From: Octopus sinensis
Lineage: Eukaryota
Assembly (NCBI RefSeq): GCF_006345805.1
Contig: NC_043003.1
Location: 45,384,001 to 45,448,000 of the forward strand
Direction of reading: 5' to 3'
Length of the DNA: 64,000 nucleotides
Each line of letters starts with the position of its first letter. Positions within the stretch are counted from its first letter, which is position 1. The position numbers were made by a program, and so were the translations under genes. Positions 27,985-40,767 of this stretch are shown here, piece after piece. The notes under the pieces are model-generated. The model saw nothing but the letters and a program-made list of their open reading frames with translations. It was not told the DNA's origin and made no database searches.

Positions 27985-28634
27985 AATTGTTTTATCTTGA
28001 GGTTTGGTGACAAGTCTCTTCAAATCTCAAGAGCCTTCCTTTGCAGAAAATAAAGTAGTACTTTTCTGCAGGCCGAAAATGCGGGTTTCAAATCCAATCT
28101 CTTTCGGTCTTTTGTGCAGCATTTTGAATGTTGTGCCAAGTGCGCTAATTCCTGCAGGAATAAGTGTTTCCGTGGTCTCCCACAGTTTCCTCAGCTCTCT
28201 GATTAGATCCTGGTAGTTCTCAATTTTTTCAATTCCTTTTTTTAATATCGACTTTGCTATCATATGTAATTACAAAATCTATCGTTCTATACTGTTTGTT
28301 TATATAATATCCTCTATGATTATGAATGTTCTTGTGTCATTCGCATGGTTTGTCTTCATGGGGGAAATCCCACAAGATCTTGTAGCTAACATTTTCTATC
28401 ATATCATTTTTCTCTACTTTTGAAGCCATACACTCGATTAACAACTCATTACACTCTTTTGCCAACTCAGACAAATTTGCGCCTATAATCCTTTTGTGTT
28501 TGTATACTGCACCCTCTTGAAATGTGATTGCAGATTCAACATCTACTGTCTGAGTTTTTCTCGAGCCTTACCTTTATCAGATTTGTTTTTGTTACTGAGC
28601 GGCTATAATTAGTGTTTTTGTCTCATTTCAAGTT
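27985..28634 (-). mobile_element. R4/Dong-clade LINE, 3' part (restriction-like endonuclease end), decayed
   Basis: Encodes TLIIAAQ*Q, KILWDFP, KIENYQDLIRELRKLW...ISALGT...GLQKSTTLFSA. Confidence 0.8.
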
Positions 28635-30255
28635 CCCGTCGGTAAACCAGAGCAAGCGCTCTTCACTTCAGACATTTTCAGTTTGTTGCATGAATTAAAT
28701 ATACAATAAAACAAAATTATTTAGTATTTCGATTCATACCAGTACAAATACGAAGAAAATTGACTGATAGTTCATCAGAAAGTGGGACATAATCATTACA
28801 AGCAGAGTTAGAATGGGCATCACAAATAGGCTCACTACATACTGTGCATGATTTCTTTGTTTTCATGTCAAGCTTTCTCGGCCATTTTTTACGTCTTTTT
28901 CAGTTTCCTTGGGGTTGATGCAGGGATGGTCACTCTGTTTCGCCACTCTCAAAGGCTTCCATGCACACAACAACATGCTTTGTTAGTTTTGTGCGTTCTG
29001 TCAAGAAACTCCATTGGATTTGCGGTTTGTAATGTTGTTTAGACAAGTCTAAAAGGATATGCCAACGCTTTTGATGTCCTCTATATGCACCAGCTTCTTT
29101 TTCCATGAAACAAACAGTAGAATTATAATATATCCAGCAGAAAATAACTAAAGGCCATCTATTTGTTATGCGTTTACATCTGGTTTGAAATGTTCACTTT
29201 CTTGTATTTTGTTGTCATAATGCATAGTGCTGAGTAAAATAGCCTAATTTACTTTTGGAACATAACTGCACATCATAAGATGATGCTCTTTGCTGAATAC
29301 GAACGTTGTTGAAAACAATTGACGAACCCGATAAGCTTGGAATGATGGAGGTATTTTACGTTTATTCTTTCTGACGGTTCCTAATATCGTTGCATTTTTT
29401 GTAAGTAGTTCTACAGCAACATCGACATCAGTAAAAAAATTGTCTTATGTAATATTTCTAACTGATTTTAGAATAGTCTTCCTGAGATCTCGAACAACTC
29501 TTTTAACCTGCTGTCATTCTGTACCTTCAGGGCCTTTCCCTGTGTGTATCTGCGCATCAACTATAGAACAAAATTTTATCCCATATTTACTCGGTTTTTA
29601 TGTCATGTACACTTTGAATGAACATTTTCCTCTGAAGGACAACAGAGATTCATCAATAGTTTCACAAGGGCCAGCTTTGTAATTTATTTGACATGACTCA
29701 ATAAACCTGAGCAAAACTTCATCTTTAGGTGCTAACTTTCTGTGTTCACCATTTTTTTGAGCTGCACGTGTAGAGATGTCATCAAATCATATGCATCTTT
29801 ACAGTTCTTTGAACCTATTACGATTATTAGAAGTACGATAAATTGATGGGCCTGTCTTTGTGGCCTAAAGGCATTATTGTCCAACCCAGCTTTGAAATGA
29901 AGACCTATCCATGTCATTATTTCAATATAATCTATTTCTTTCCTATTTTCAGAGTATAGAACTTTCTCTTTTCGATTCGTTGCTTCAATTATAATTTCCA
30001 TTACTTCATCCGTGAGAAGAAAAAACTAAACGTAGCAAAAAGAGCATGGGAAGGTACGGCTACAATAACGCCTGCACTTTCACGAAGCACATTGTGGCGA
30101 AAAGTTTGTCAACATTTGGGAGGTTCAGTGAGCCATACAGTACATTTATGCTTACCAACCATAGTATTGCAATCTTCATGATCAATTTCACTGTTATAAG
30201 GTCTATAACCATCACTAAAATCATCATTAGATTCTTCAACATCATTTACGTCACT
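28635..30255 (-). mobile_element. Decayed piggyBac-like (PGBD-type) transposase element
   Basis: Encodes FLTDEVMEIIIEATN, ETIDESLLSFRGKCSFKVYMT*KPSKYGIK, IT*DNFFT, LGTVRKNKRKIP. A possible TIR cccgtcggt lies at 28635, without an intact TTAA. Confidence 0.85.
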
Positions 30256-30922
30256 ATTGGGCGGCATTTTTCACTTATCTCCCGAACCTGTTTTCCTCTG
30301 TTTCATTACAATCCTGGCAACTGTTCAAACCTCTCCCACTCTTTCTTCTGGACATGTACAGCCTATCGGTGTCACTTTTAAGGTGGAAGGCTCCGAGCAC
30401 TGTCAACATCATTTTTTGTCTTCGTATCCCAGTTCATCAGTTCTTTCTTTTTGCCATTTTCTAATTCCAACTCTATACCGAAGTGATGCTATCATCCAAG
30501 TATTAATTGCTTAGATTTTATTCAGCTGTTCTTTAATTTCCTTCTCCATTGTCTTGTTGAACTCTAGTTTGTCCATCTATTTGTAGCCTTCCGTTTCAAT
30601 TTGCTTAATCAGTTCTCTATTCGGTAATTCTATTACTACAAGAGTATGTATCTTTCTTCTTGTGAGCTAGATTATTCCAAACTTCATTAGGTCCGAATTC
30701 CATTCTAATATCAGTACTAAAACAGTGGGCTGTGTTCAACAAGGCTGTGTTCACTTGTGTCTCATCCTTGCCATACAGTTTCAAATCATCCATGAAGAGG
30801 AGATGGTTGATTCTTTGGGGTTTTCCTTTTAGTTGATATCACAGGTTCATTTTCTTAAGTACCAAGGTCAGAGGGATCATACAGAGAACAAAAAGCAACG
30901 GAGATAAGCTATCACCCTATTT
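30256..30922 (-). mobile_element. R4/Dong-clade LINE, RT part, decayed
   Basis: Encodes GDSLSPLLFVLCMIPL, NHLLFMDDLKLYGK, KSDTDRLYMSRRKSGRGL. Confidence 0.85.
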
Positions 30923-31744
30923 TCTTGAAACAGTCAATCGTTATAAAGCTCTAGGAATAGAATTGGATTTACTACGTTTTACCCAATGAAAAGAGTGTTT
31001 TTATTAATTATTATTTTCCAACAAAGGTCTCTAGAATATGTCTCCACCACATCACCAAGGAATTAAGCATATTGTTCTCTTTTAGAAATATTTACACTGT
31101 GTAGTTTGGTAAACGATTATTACAAGTATATCAAGATACTTTATTCTGGAGTAGAAGGAAAACGAACTATCTAGAAATGTGGAAGTATGAATATATATTA
31201 TTCTTTAAAATTGAAAATATAAAAACAGGGTTCTTTTTTATATATATATATAGATAAAACAAATCTTTAAAAACGATTTCAACGTTGCTGTGAAGAGTCA
31301 TTTTGGGAAACATATTCACACTTAAGCAATCACAAGTGCCTTATACTGCATTAGCAATTCGCTGTGTTTATTTGTATTAAATATGAAAGGAAAATATAAG
31401 AAATTTATTTGATGTAGGAAACGTTAAAAACAAAGTGTGATGGGTGTTTTACAGAAGTTACTTTTTTCGTGTCCAAGGTAAAATGCAACACATTGGTTGG
31501 AGAGAGACTTGAGGAGTTTTCATTTACTGGAAAGGTAAAAATCTGGAGAACCCCCGTTCAGTATGAGATAAGAGGTGTGCAATATCAACTGAGATAGACC
31601 ATATTAAATCTATGTTTATTTTTTAAGACCTTTAACGAGGCGAAAACACATGTGTATTTGGTACGCTAGATACCCATCCGCACGTTTGATTCAAAGTATA
31701 TAAGACAAGGGATAACAACTAGAGATATTGGCGACACTGTACTC

Positions 31745-31949
31745 TCTCTTTACTCTTTTAGTTGTTTCAGTCATTTGACTGTGGCCATGCTGGAGCACCA
31801 CCTTTAATCGAGCAACTCGACCCCGGGGCTTATTCTTTTGTAAGCCCAGTACTTATTCTATCGGTCTCTTTTGCCGAACCGCTAAGTAACGGGGACATAA
31901 ACACACCACCATCGGTTGTCAAGCAATGCTAAGGGAACAAACACACACA

Positions 31950-31990
<41 letters not shown>

Positions 31991-32155
31991 CGACGAGCTT
32001 CTTTCAGTTTCCATCTACCAAATCCACTCACAAGGCTTTGGTCGGCCCGAGGCTATAGTAGAAGAGACTTGCCCAAGGTGCCACGCAGTGGGACTGAACC
32101 CGGAACCATGTGGTTGGTAAACAAGCTACTTACCACACAACCACTCCTGTGCCTA
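31745..32155 (-). mobile_element. Composite tRNA-derived SINE (head, internal microsatellite, CR1-like tail; family C/B)
   Basis: Head ggttccgggttcagtcccactgcgtggcaccttgggcaag; internal (TA)n/(TG)n; tail ggtgctccagcatggccacagtcaaatgactgaaac. Confidence 0.9.
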
Positions 32156-33214
32156 TGTACGATATATTTGCGTCACTCTTCGAGCAATTCTTAAGTGTGA
32201 AAGAGCATGCAATAACACGTGGTTGGGTGAGGTCCACATTTTCTTGCATGTGTTGGTGATCCACAACAAACATCAGATTATACCAAAATTTCCAAAGAAC
32301 ACCATAAACACGGCCAAACAGACGAACCATCCGACAACCCAACAACGAATACTGCAACAATGAGAATAGCAGTAGCAACATCAACAAAATTTACATCACG
32401 AACAACGACAGCAGCAGTAAAAGAAGCCACAGCAAGCATAACAAGTTATGATAAAACATCAACTCAAAAACAAGAAGAATATCAGTCACAATAAAAACAA
32501 AAGACACATTAATAAGACAGCTACAAGGTAATAAACAACCACAGAAAAAATGCTATAATAAAAATACATCAAGAGCAACAATTTAATGGAGAATCTCGAT
32601 TTCTAAGTTCTTCGAATGGAGAAGGAGGAATTAATGGGGTATGTACATTCCTATGCTCGCCTTGTGAGGGACTCGTTAATGTAAGTATATATAAAAAAGC
32701 CACAAGGGATACTTCTGATGAAAACCACACTAGAAGTAGATCGACCTCCCCGAAAAAGAATTCAAAATAACGTGGCGAATTTTAAAATTATATTTTGGAA
32801 GGCTTCGAAAAAGAAGACCAGGACTCGTGACCGTTCCTTCCATAACATTATTTCTCCCACCCTACTTAACTGACTTTACTAAAATGTGTCTGATCTGGAG
32901 ATAGAATCAAAGATCTCGGGTAACTGTGCACGGATGTCGTGTTAGAGACCACTATATCCGAGACGAAATCGCGCGGCTCCTTTACAGATAAATATGGGGT
33001 CAATTCCCATCTTCAGCCGACCAGAATCGAACGGCGTATCAGTGCTGCTTAGAAATATCCTGGACACAGAGTTAAATTCGCCTTTCTAGACCCGGACACT
33101 AAGTCGGTGGTCTAGGATGTAAGCACCGCAATGGCGATGGTAGGGAGATCCGGCTAGTGGCGAGCACATCTAGAGACAATCTTAGGAACATCATTAATAT
33201 TGATTTGAAATTTT

Positions 33215-33406
33215 ATCATCAGCTTCAAGTGCAGAGTTAAGTCGATTACATAGACGCCGGTACTCAAATTGTATTTATTTTATCGACCCCAAAAGGATGA
33301 AAGCCAGTGTCCACCTCGGTGGAATTTGAACTCAGATAATAAAGAGAGATGAAATGCTGCTAAGCATTTTGCCCAGCATGCCATGCTTCTACCAACTCGC
33401 CGCCTT
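33215..33406 (-). mobile_element. SINE family A
   Basis: Same core and head motifs, diverged. Confidence 0.8.
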
Positions 33407-33912
33407 GGAAACATTATAACTATTAGTAGGTGACTGAAAGTGCATTTTGGGTGTACGTAGGGATTATGTGGTGTAGTCGATAAAGTGAAGGGAACAGTCT
33501 CACAAACCTACTCACGAGCTTCAAAATACCTGACGGGTTTCACTCTGACACAGTGCTTGTTACTAATGATTACCCTAATCAACTATCGCTCAACTTGTGC
33601 AGTAATCCGATCTCTGAACTCTCCTTCAAGTCTGCTTCACGAAATATGCATAAGAATGAAGAAACTGGTTAGGCTGAATGGGCCTACACTAGAGAGCTGG
33701 AAGGAAAAGGAAAGAGGGCACTTCGATGCGACAGATTATTCTTTGTGCTAGAGACTTGGGTTTCTCTCGAATTAATTTGGTAGACTACATATATTTTAGA
33801 GAATATTTCATATGATTCTTAATCGTTAAACATGTGTGACTTCTACATTTTAACACTCTAAATCCAATCTATTTGCGCGTAGTTGTTCTGCTGTCTTTGT
33901 ATTGTTCTCAGT

Positions 33913-34145
33913 AAGGCGGCGAGCTGGCAGAAACGTTAGCACGCCGGGCGAAATGCTTAGCAGTATTTTGTCTGCCGTTATTTCCTGAGTTCAAATTCCG
34001 CCGAGGTCGACTTTGCCTTTCATTCTTTCGGGGTCGATTAAATAAGTACCAGTTGATCACTGGGGTCGATGTAATCGACTTAATCCCCTTGTCTGTCCTT
34101 GTTTATCCCCTCTATGTTTAGCCCCTTATGGGCAATAAAGAAATA
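33913..34145 (+). mobile_element. Full-length tRNA-derived SINE (family A, Meta/MESC-like central domain) with a 17-bp TSD
   Basis: Head aaggcggcgagctggcag, B-box gagttcaaattcc, core gtcgactttgcctttcattctttcggggtcgat. TSD tttgtattgttctcagt at 33896-33912 and 34146-34162. Confidence 0.9.
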
Positions 34146-34407
34146 TTTGTATTGTTCTCAGTGACTTAGGCACTTGTGGGCAATAAAACAAATCATCATC
34201 GTCGTCATCGTTATGAGCAATAACACTAATACAACTGTAACACCATCGTTTCATCATCATCATCATCATCATCATCATTATCATGAACACCAACACCAAC
34301 AACTAACAGTAGCAACGTCTAATCGTCATCAATACTACTACTACTACTACTACTACTACTGCTGCTGCTAGTATTAGTAGTAGTAGTAGTAGTAGTAGTA
34401 GTAGCCG

Positions 34408-34446
<39 letters not shown>

Positions 34447-34960
34447 GACTACTAAGACTACTACGACTACTTCTACTACTACTACTACTAACATTATTGT
34501 TACGGTTATTGATTTTATCGTTCTTCCTGTTGTTCTTTTTAATATAATGCTTTTCTTTTTTTATGATTGCCATCTCTAGCCCAGTAGGAGTCAACGAGTT
34601 AGCATCGTATTTCTCCTATTTTCCGCTCTAATGCACACAATTCGGTAGAATTCATAAAACTTTGCCGTTTCAAATGTTAGAGTTGACTAAATCTCACAGA
34701 GCACAAACAGTGAAAGATAATGTTACCAAAAGTGAATCTTAGTAAAATTATTTTATGCAGGCTAATGGAGTTATTTTCTATAAAAAAAATATATTTATAC
34801 TATTTGGCTTAGCATCAAGGTTGGCCAGTTCATCATACATATTTGCTAAGCACATTTGCATTATAACTTTGATATTAAAGATTTATCTATCCATTAATAT
34901 ATATATATATGCATATATATATATATATATACATATGCATATATATATATATATATAATA

Positions 34961-35001
<41 letters not shown>

Positions 35002-35205
35002 TATGTATATATATATATGCACATATATACATATATATATGCACACATATATATATATGTGTGTGTGTATATATTTTTATATATATGTATATATGCATTT
35101 ATGCATATATAATATACATGCATATATACACATATAAGCATATATGTATATATTTATGCATATATATAAATACATATATATGCACATATATATGTATATA
35201 TATGC

Positions 35206-35263
<58 letters not shown>

Positions 35264-35372
35264 CATACATACATACATACATACATACATACATACGTAC
35301 GTACATACATACATACATACATACATACATACATACATACATACATACATACATACATACATACATACATAC

Positions 35373-36125
35373 ATGGTTGTTGTCTACTGCTTATGTAGAG
35401 TTTCGCAACCTCCTGTTCCTACACCTTAGCGCCATCATGGCCTCTGATGTGGCTTTTTAAACAAGACCATGTTCTGAAAAGACACCCACATAGATTGCAC
35501 ATCTGATGTGGGCCACCAAGACCTGAAGATAAATTCCGATCTTTGTGGATCTTAAGGTGTCTTTTGAGGTCTCCGTTGGATTTGCAAACCATCTAACTTA
35601 CACTGCATTCAAAGGTGTGCAGACTTATTGGCGGAATAGTTGGTGGAGGTTTGTTTTCTATGCGTTCGCAGATGAGATTTGAGGCCAGCAAAAGACAGAT
35701 TTGGTCTGTCATAAACTGTGCTCACAAAAAGATCATTATTATTCACTTTCTCGTTAGTTACATTCTTCCTTAAATCTCTTTTTAGTCTTACTTGTGTTAC
35801 CCTGGCCTCTTCAAATGCTTTCACTCCACTCTACACCTTTGTTGGCTATCCAACTTGATCCGAAGCAAGGGTCTCTATATCTTATGGAACCATTTCCAGT
35901 GACTTCATAGTACTCCTTATGCCATCCTTAAACCTTTTTTACGTTTACGCCGATAGCGTTTCCCCTGTGTAAGCTCACCCTAAAACAGCTGTTTCGGCAT
36001 ACGTTCATCTGCCATTCGCACAATATGGACACACCATCTCAATTGGTTCCTCAGAACCATAGCTTTAATTGAGGTGATGCTTGCAGATGCAAAGACAACT
36101 GTGTTTGGAGTTGTAAAAGAACTCC
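35373..36125 (-). mobile_element. RTE-clade LINE 3' fragment with three C-terminal C2H2-like fingers and a (TGTA)n tail
   Basis: Encodes HIVRMADERMPKQLF*GEL, GLKSHLRTH, CKSNGDLKRHLKIH, CNLCGCLFRTWSCLKSHIRGH, then a short 3' UTR running into (TGTA)n at about 35272-35372. Confidence 0.85.
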
Positions 36126-36271
36126 ATTTAATATATATATATATATATAATATATATATAATATATATATATGTTAATAGATAGATAAATCTTTACTATC
36201 AAAGTTACACTACAAATGTGCTTAGCACATATATATGATAAGCTGGCCAATCTTGATGCTAAGCCAAATGT

Positions 36272-36306
<35 letters not shown>

Positions 36307-36714
36307 CTTTAGTTAAATATATTCAATGAGAATATTATATACTGAATTTATATTGAGTGCTCTATTGTATCAAAGTATTAATACTATTAAAGTATTTATA
36401 TATCTAATACGAGCGATTATATATATTTTGTAATATATTATTATTAATATCAGGAAATCAATATTAGAAAATTCTTCAGAAAGATATATGCGTATGTAAA
36501 ATAATTATTGTATTAAAAATATAAATATATATAAATATATATAAATATATGTAAAAATGTATAAGTATAAATATATAATGTATATGACAGTTTAAAAGTT
36601 TTGAATTAAGTTTTTAGAGCATCTTACGATCGTTTCACAGAAGAGCTGTCCCTATAATGAAATCCTATATTGATAAGCATTTATAGACCAGTTCTGCAAT
36701 TAATTTTACACTGG

Positions 36715-37700
36715 TTAGTGACCATAGCTGGGCGCAATAGTCAATGTGGCTAAGGATAAATGTCCTCCAAACGACCATCATTGTTTCCTGTTCTCTCGTT
36801 TTAAAAGTTCTAAGAATTCATCTGGTCAGCCGCCCACATTTCATTGCCAACTTAGCAACATGCACATGGAAGGCTTTCTAGAAAGTCGATCGTGGAATAA
36901 TACGTCACGAACTGCGTGATCTCGGCAGATTCGTTAAATTTTTAGAATGTCTGCATGAATTTCTGAAAGATAGACGTCGAGCAGTAGTAGCCAACGGGTC
37001 CACCTCCAATGACATGCAAATATGAGCGGTATTCCGCAAGGCACCCTTTTGGGACTACTACTGTTTATAATGGCCCTCTCACATATGCTCTCAGCCACAC
37101 ATTCATATGAATGCCCAGGTTTCGCATTGACTGTGTCTCTGGGATTGCAATCCCTCCAAGCCCAGTGTATTTAATTGGAATTGCATTTAGTTTTGCATGC
37201 CGATAACATAGAGCTTGAAACCTTTCAACATTAAATATATTTCTTAGCCCACTTGTATATTTCATCTTATACATATTGCAGAGGCATAGCGTCTTCGGGG
37301 CTCTGTTTCACCTGTGAAACTTTTGTCTCATCTGCATAACTTGTGATCGTGGCTCTCTGTGTGGCTGAGAGCATATGTGAGAGGGCCATCTCGATGTCTA
37401 TCTTTCAGAAATTCGGGCAGACATTCTACCACTTAACGACTCTGCCGAGATCACGCAGTTTGTGACGTATTATTCCACGACCGACTTTCTCGAAAGCCTT
37501 AGCAAAATCGAGATTTATCACATGCACATTTGAGTGATAGAGCAGCTGTTTCCACACCCAGTCATAGTGTTGTAATAGCTGAGACAAGCAGCTACTTTGT
37601 AGTCGGAAACCATGTCGGGTGTCAGTTAGCAAGTAATTTTCCTCAAGGAACGTGGTTCGGTTTCTTTTGATTATTCGTTCCATGATTTTGTCGATGTATG
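36715..37700 (-). mobile_element. CR1-group LINE RT fragment with an internal inverted duplication
   Basis: The minus strand reads KPISLTS..HGFR..LDFAKAFEKV..YADETKV..NLGIHMN, then an inverted segment (36870-37100), then HVAKLAMKC..ILRTFKTRE..IDYCAQLW. Confidence 0.85.
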
Positions 37701-37720
37701 AGGTTAGAGAGATAGGTTTG

Positions 37721-37788
<68 letters not shown>

Positions 37789-40647
37789 TGTATCTACATG
37801 TGTGGTACATACGCATACGCACGTTTACACACGCGTGTGTGTGTTTGTGCGCGCGTGTGTGTGCGTGCGTTGCGTACGTGCGTGTGTGTGTTTGTTGATA
37901 TTTGTTAGCAGGGCCAATACGGCTAACGTTAAACACAGTGGTCGATACCCGAAGTCGATCTCATAATTTTTTTTCCTATGTTCCCGTATATAAAAACGGC
38001 ATCTGATACGCTATATTGACACATCGTGAACTAATGATTAGGTTACATGAACTTTATGGAAACAAAGAAAAATGGGAATTCCAAGGATTGTTGAGAGAGG
38101 AACGGCCTTAATATAATGTGAGACAAAGTCAATATCAGCTGGTTGATAAGTCCGAGAGCAGCAAAGAAAGTAGATCTTAGAAGAACTTTCAAACTCTCGG
38201 TGTTGATGGATATAGAGCGTCTTCTTGGGAATGGATATTTTCTCTGAGCAAAATCAATATTAGTCGTGACGAAACTCACAGATTTGTTTGTCTCGCAAGG
38301 CTACGAGTGGAGTAAGTAGACAGGTCGTTGATCTATGGATCAGATTTTTTTCTTTGTCACAAATGCGTATTAAGATTATGATTGGAAAGTTTGATTTTTT
38401 TTTTTTTATTTCACAAACTTGTATCAAGATTTAAGATTATCATTGGAAAACATGAAATGCCATCTGGTTTGTTGTTTAAAAGTTCAGTAGCCTAAAAATG
38501 CTATTATCTGTCTTCCAAAGCGCACATCTGATATACCAAAGGATCTCACATTATAATGTGTATGTGTGTGTGTATTGTGTGTGCCTGAGTGTGTGTCTGA
38601 GTGTGCGTGTATGCGGGGGGGGGAGTGATAGACGTGTTATTGCGTATCAAACGGGCCCGAATGAAATGTAGTGATGATTTAGGATAAAGCTGATGCTATG
38701 TTTAATGGGAATAGTCCCAGTGAGATAAAACTAGCAGGTATATCGCGTTAATAAACGAACTGCAAAATTGTATACACTATTTTTGCTCTATCTTCCTCGT
38801 TTTCTCGCGTCTTTTATAGACCTTATTCAACAAAATATAAACCTAATTCAACAACTTTATGATAAGAGTGTTTGTTTTTTTATAAAAGATGATGTAATTC
38901 ACTGTGCTTGTTAAAAATTAATGTAATACTTTGACTCCGCCTTTGTGTTTGTTTAACATACACATCCGTCGTCCTTGAAAATTCTCACTTGTCTTTTTAT
39001 TGTTTCTTCTATGAAAATGGAGAATAAACCCAAGCAATAGTATTTATGAGGTTTATGACCCTACTGGGTCATAAGCCTCATAAATATTTTCGGTTGCATC
39101 CATTTGATTCATTTACTACTACAACTGCTCAGCATGCACACTGATGAAAAGAGATCTCCTGCCATGCTGATATGGTCTAGGGAAACGATAAAAAGAATAT
39201 AGTGAAATGGATAGGCTTAAACAGTAGCTCTTTTGAAACGGGTGGTTAGAAATAAACAATGACAAATTGAACAAATTAGCATTTTAACATTATCTTGTTT
39301 AAATGTGTTATGAAACGCAGACACATGACCATATTTTAGTTTCAATATTATTATATGTTTCCTGTATGTTTTATGTGTGTGTGTGTGTGTGTGAGCAGTA
39401 AAATTTGAATTGTATCATATGTATTACCTATATCGCAATTATGAAACTATTAGCAGAAAAGGTCAATTTTTTTCTGATACTTGAAATAACAATTTTTATA
39501 CTTGTAAAAGAAAGAAAAAAAAGAAGATGGTTAAGTAGAATATTGGAAGAGAAGTGAAAAGAGAGGAAAGCAAGGACAGGTGTAAGCTAGGTATGAGATT
39601 AAAAAAACGGAAAATTGTTGAAGCCAAAATAAGATGGCAGGAATAACTACTAATTTTCATGAAATCTAAATCATAACATCAGAATATAACAACCCCATAT
39701 TTACAAAAGAGTATTTGAACATTGTGAACAACCTGAAACTCGCGGAAAAATTACAACCTACGACCATACACAAGAGCTGATCAGAATTAAAATGATCCTA
39801 CAGAGTAACGATCAACCAAAAACATAACAGCTTTCATGAGCAAAATATAAGCCTCAATAATGTTAGTCAAAACCGGTCACCATATATCTACGTTGCATTA
39901 AAACCATATGGGTGAAATTTGAAAGATAGGTAGTCCATACACAAATAGGACATTATACAAAGAACGTCTACCATTCAGTGACATGCTTCGCAAAAAGTAT
40001 CTTTAAATGGGACTATGACAAGGAACTGCGCATATTCTTCTTGTAGATGTAGCGGTGAAGATAAAGGGACTATCTGCCGCGCCCTAAATTAAGGCTAGAG
40101 AAAAATCGTAAAACTTGGCTAATGCTTTGTGGAAAGCAATGATAAATCACCAAGTCAAAATAATAGACAGAGAACAACAATTGAAGATAAAGCGAGTGAA
40201 AGACTGAGCGCGTATGCACGGCTTTTTTTGTCATCTGGTCAGGTAGAACAAGAAGATGGGTACCATATGGAAACGTTTTCTCTTTCCGCTGTGAACAAAT
40301 ATTATACCTATCACCATAATACAGTTAGATATAGAGCTCTTACTTTTCATAACATAATATTCCTAAATGACCTTTCGGAGTGACTATATACGCAATTGTT
40401 ATAGTGTAGAAGTTTAATTAGCTGGTGAGCATAAGTTCAATCCCTGGGTTAGTAATTGGGAAAGGCATACAGATCAGTACAAACTTCTGAGGTTGATTAA
40501 ATAAACGATTTGTACCAAAATTTTGAGAAAATTACCGAATATAACGGTAACCTGAAGATCGCTGGGGAATATAACAGAGAATACATACATAAACACATAA
40601 TACCTTCATAATACATACATACATACATACATACATACATACATACA

Positions 40648-40674
<27 letters not shown>

Positions 40675-40678
<4 letters not shown>

Positions 40679-40767
40679 CAAATAAAATCAAAAACAGAAC
40701 ACAAAGGATGTCGCGGTACACGTGTGCCGCACATCCTTTGTGTTCTGTTTTTGATTTTATTTGATAT
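40675..40767. repeat. 93-bp near-perfect palindrome beside (CATA)n
   Basis: Perfect 37-bp arms (40675-40711, 40731-40767) around c-gcggtacac|gtgtgccgc. Confidence 0.95.

Noticed and set aside
32880-33180. Possible decayed LINE ORF1 (RVTVHG...)
   Set aside because: Too degenerate to support a call.
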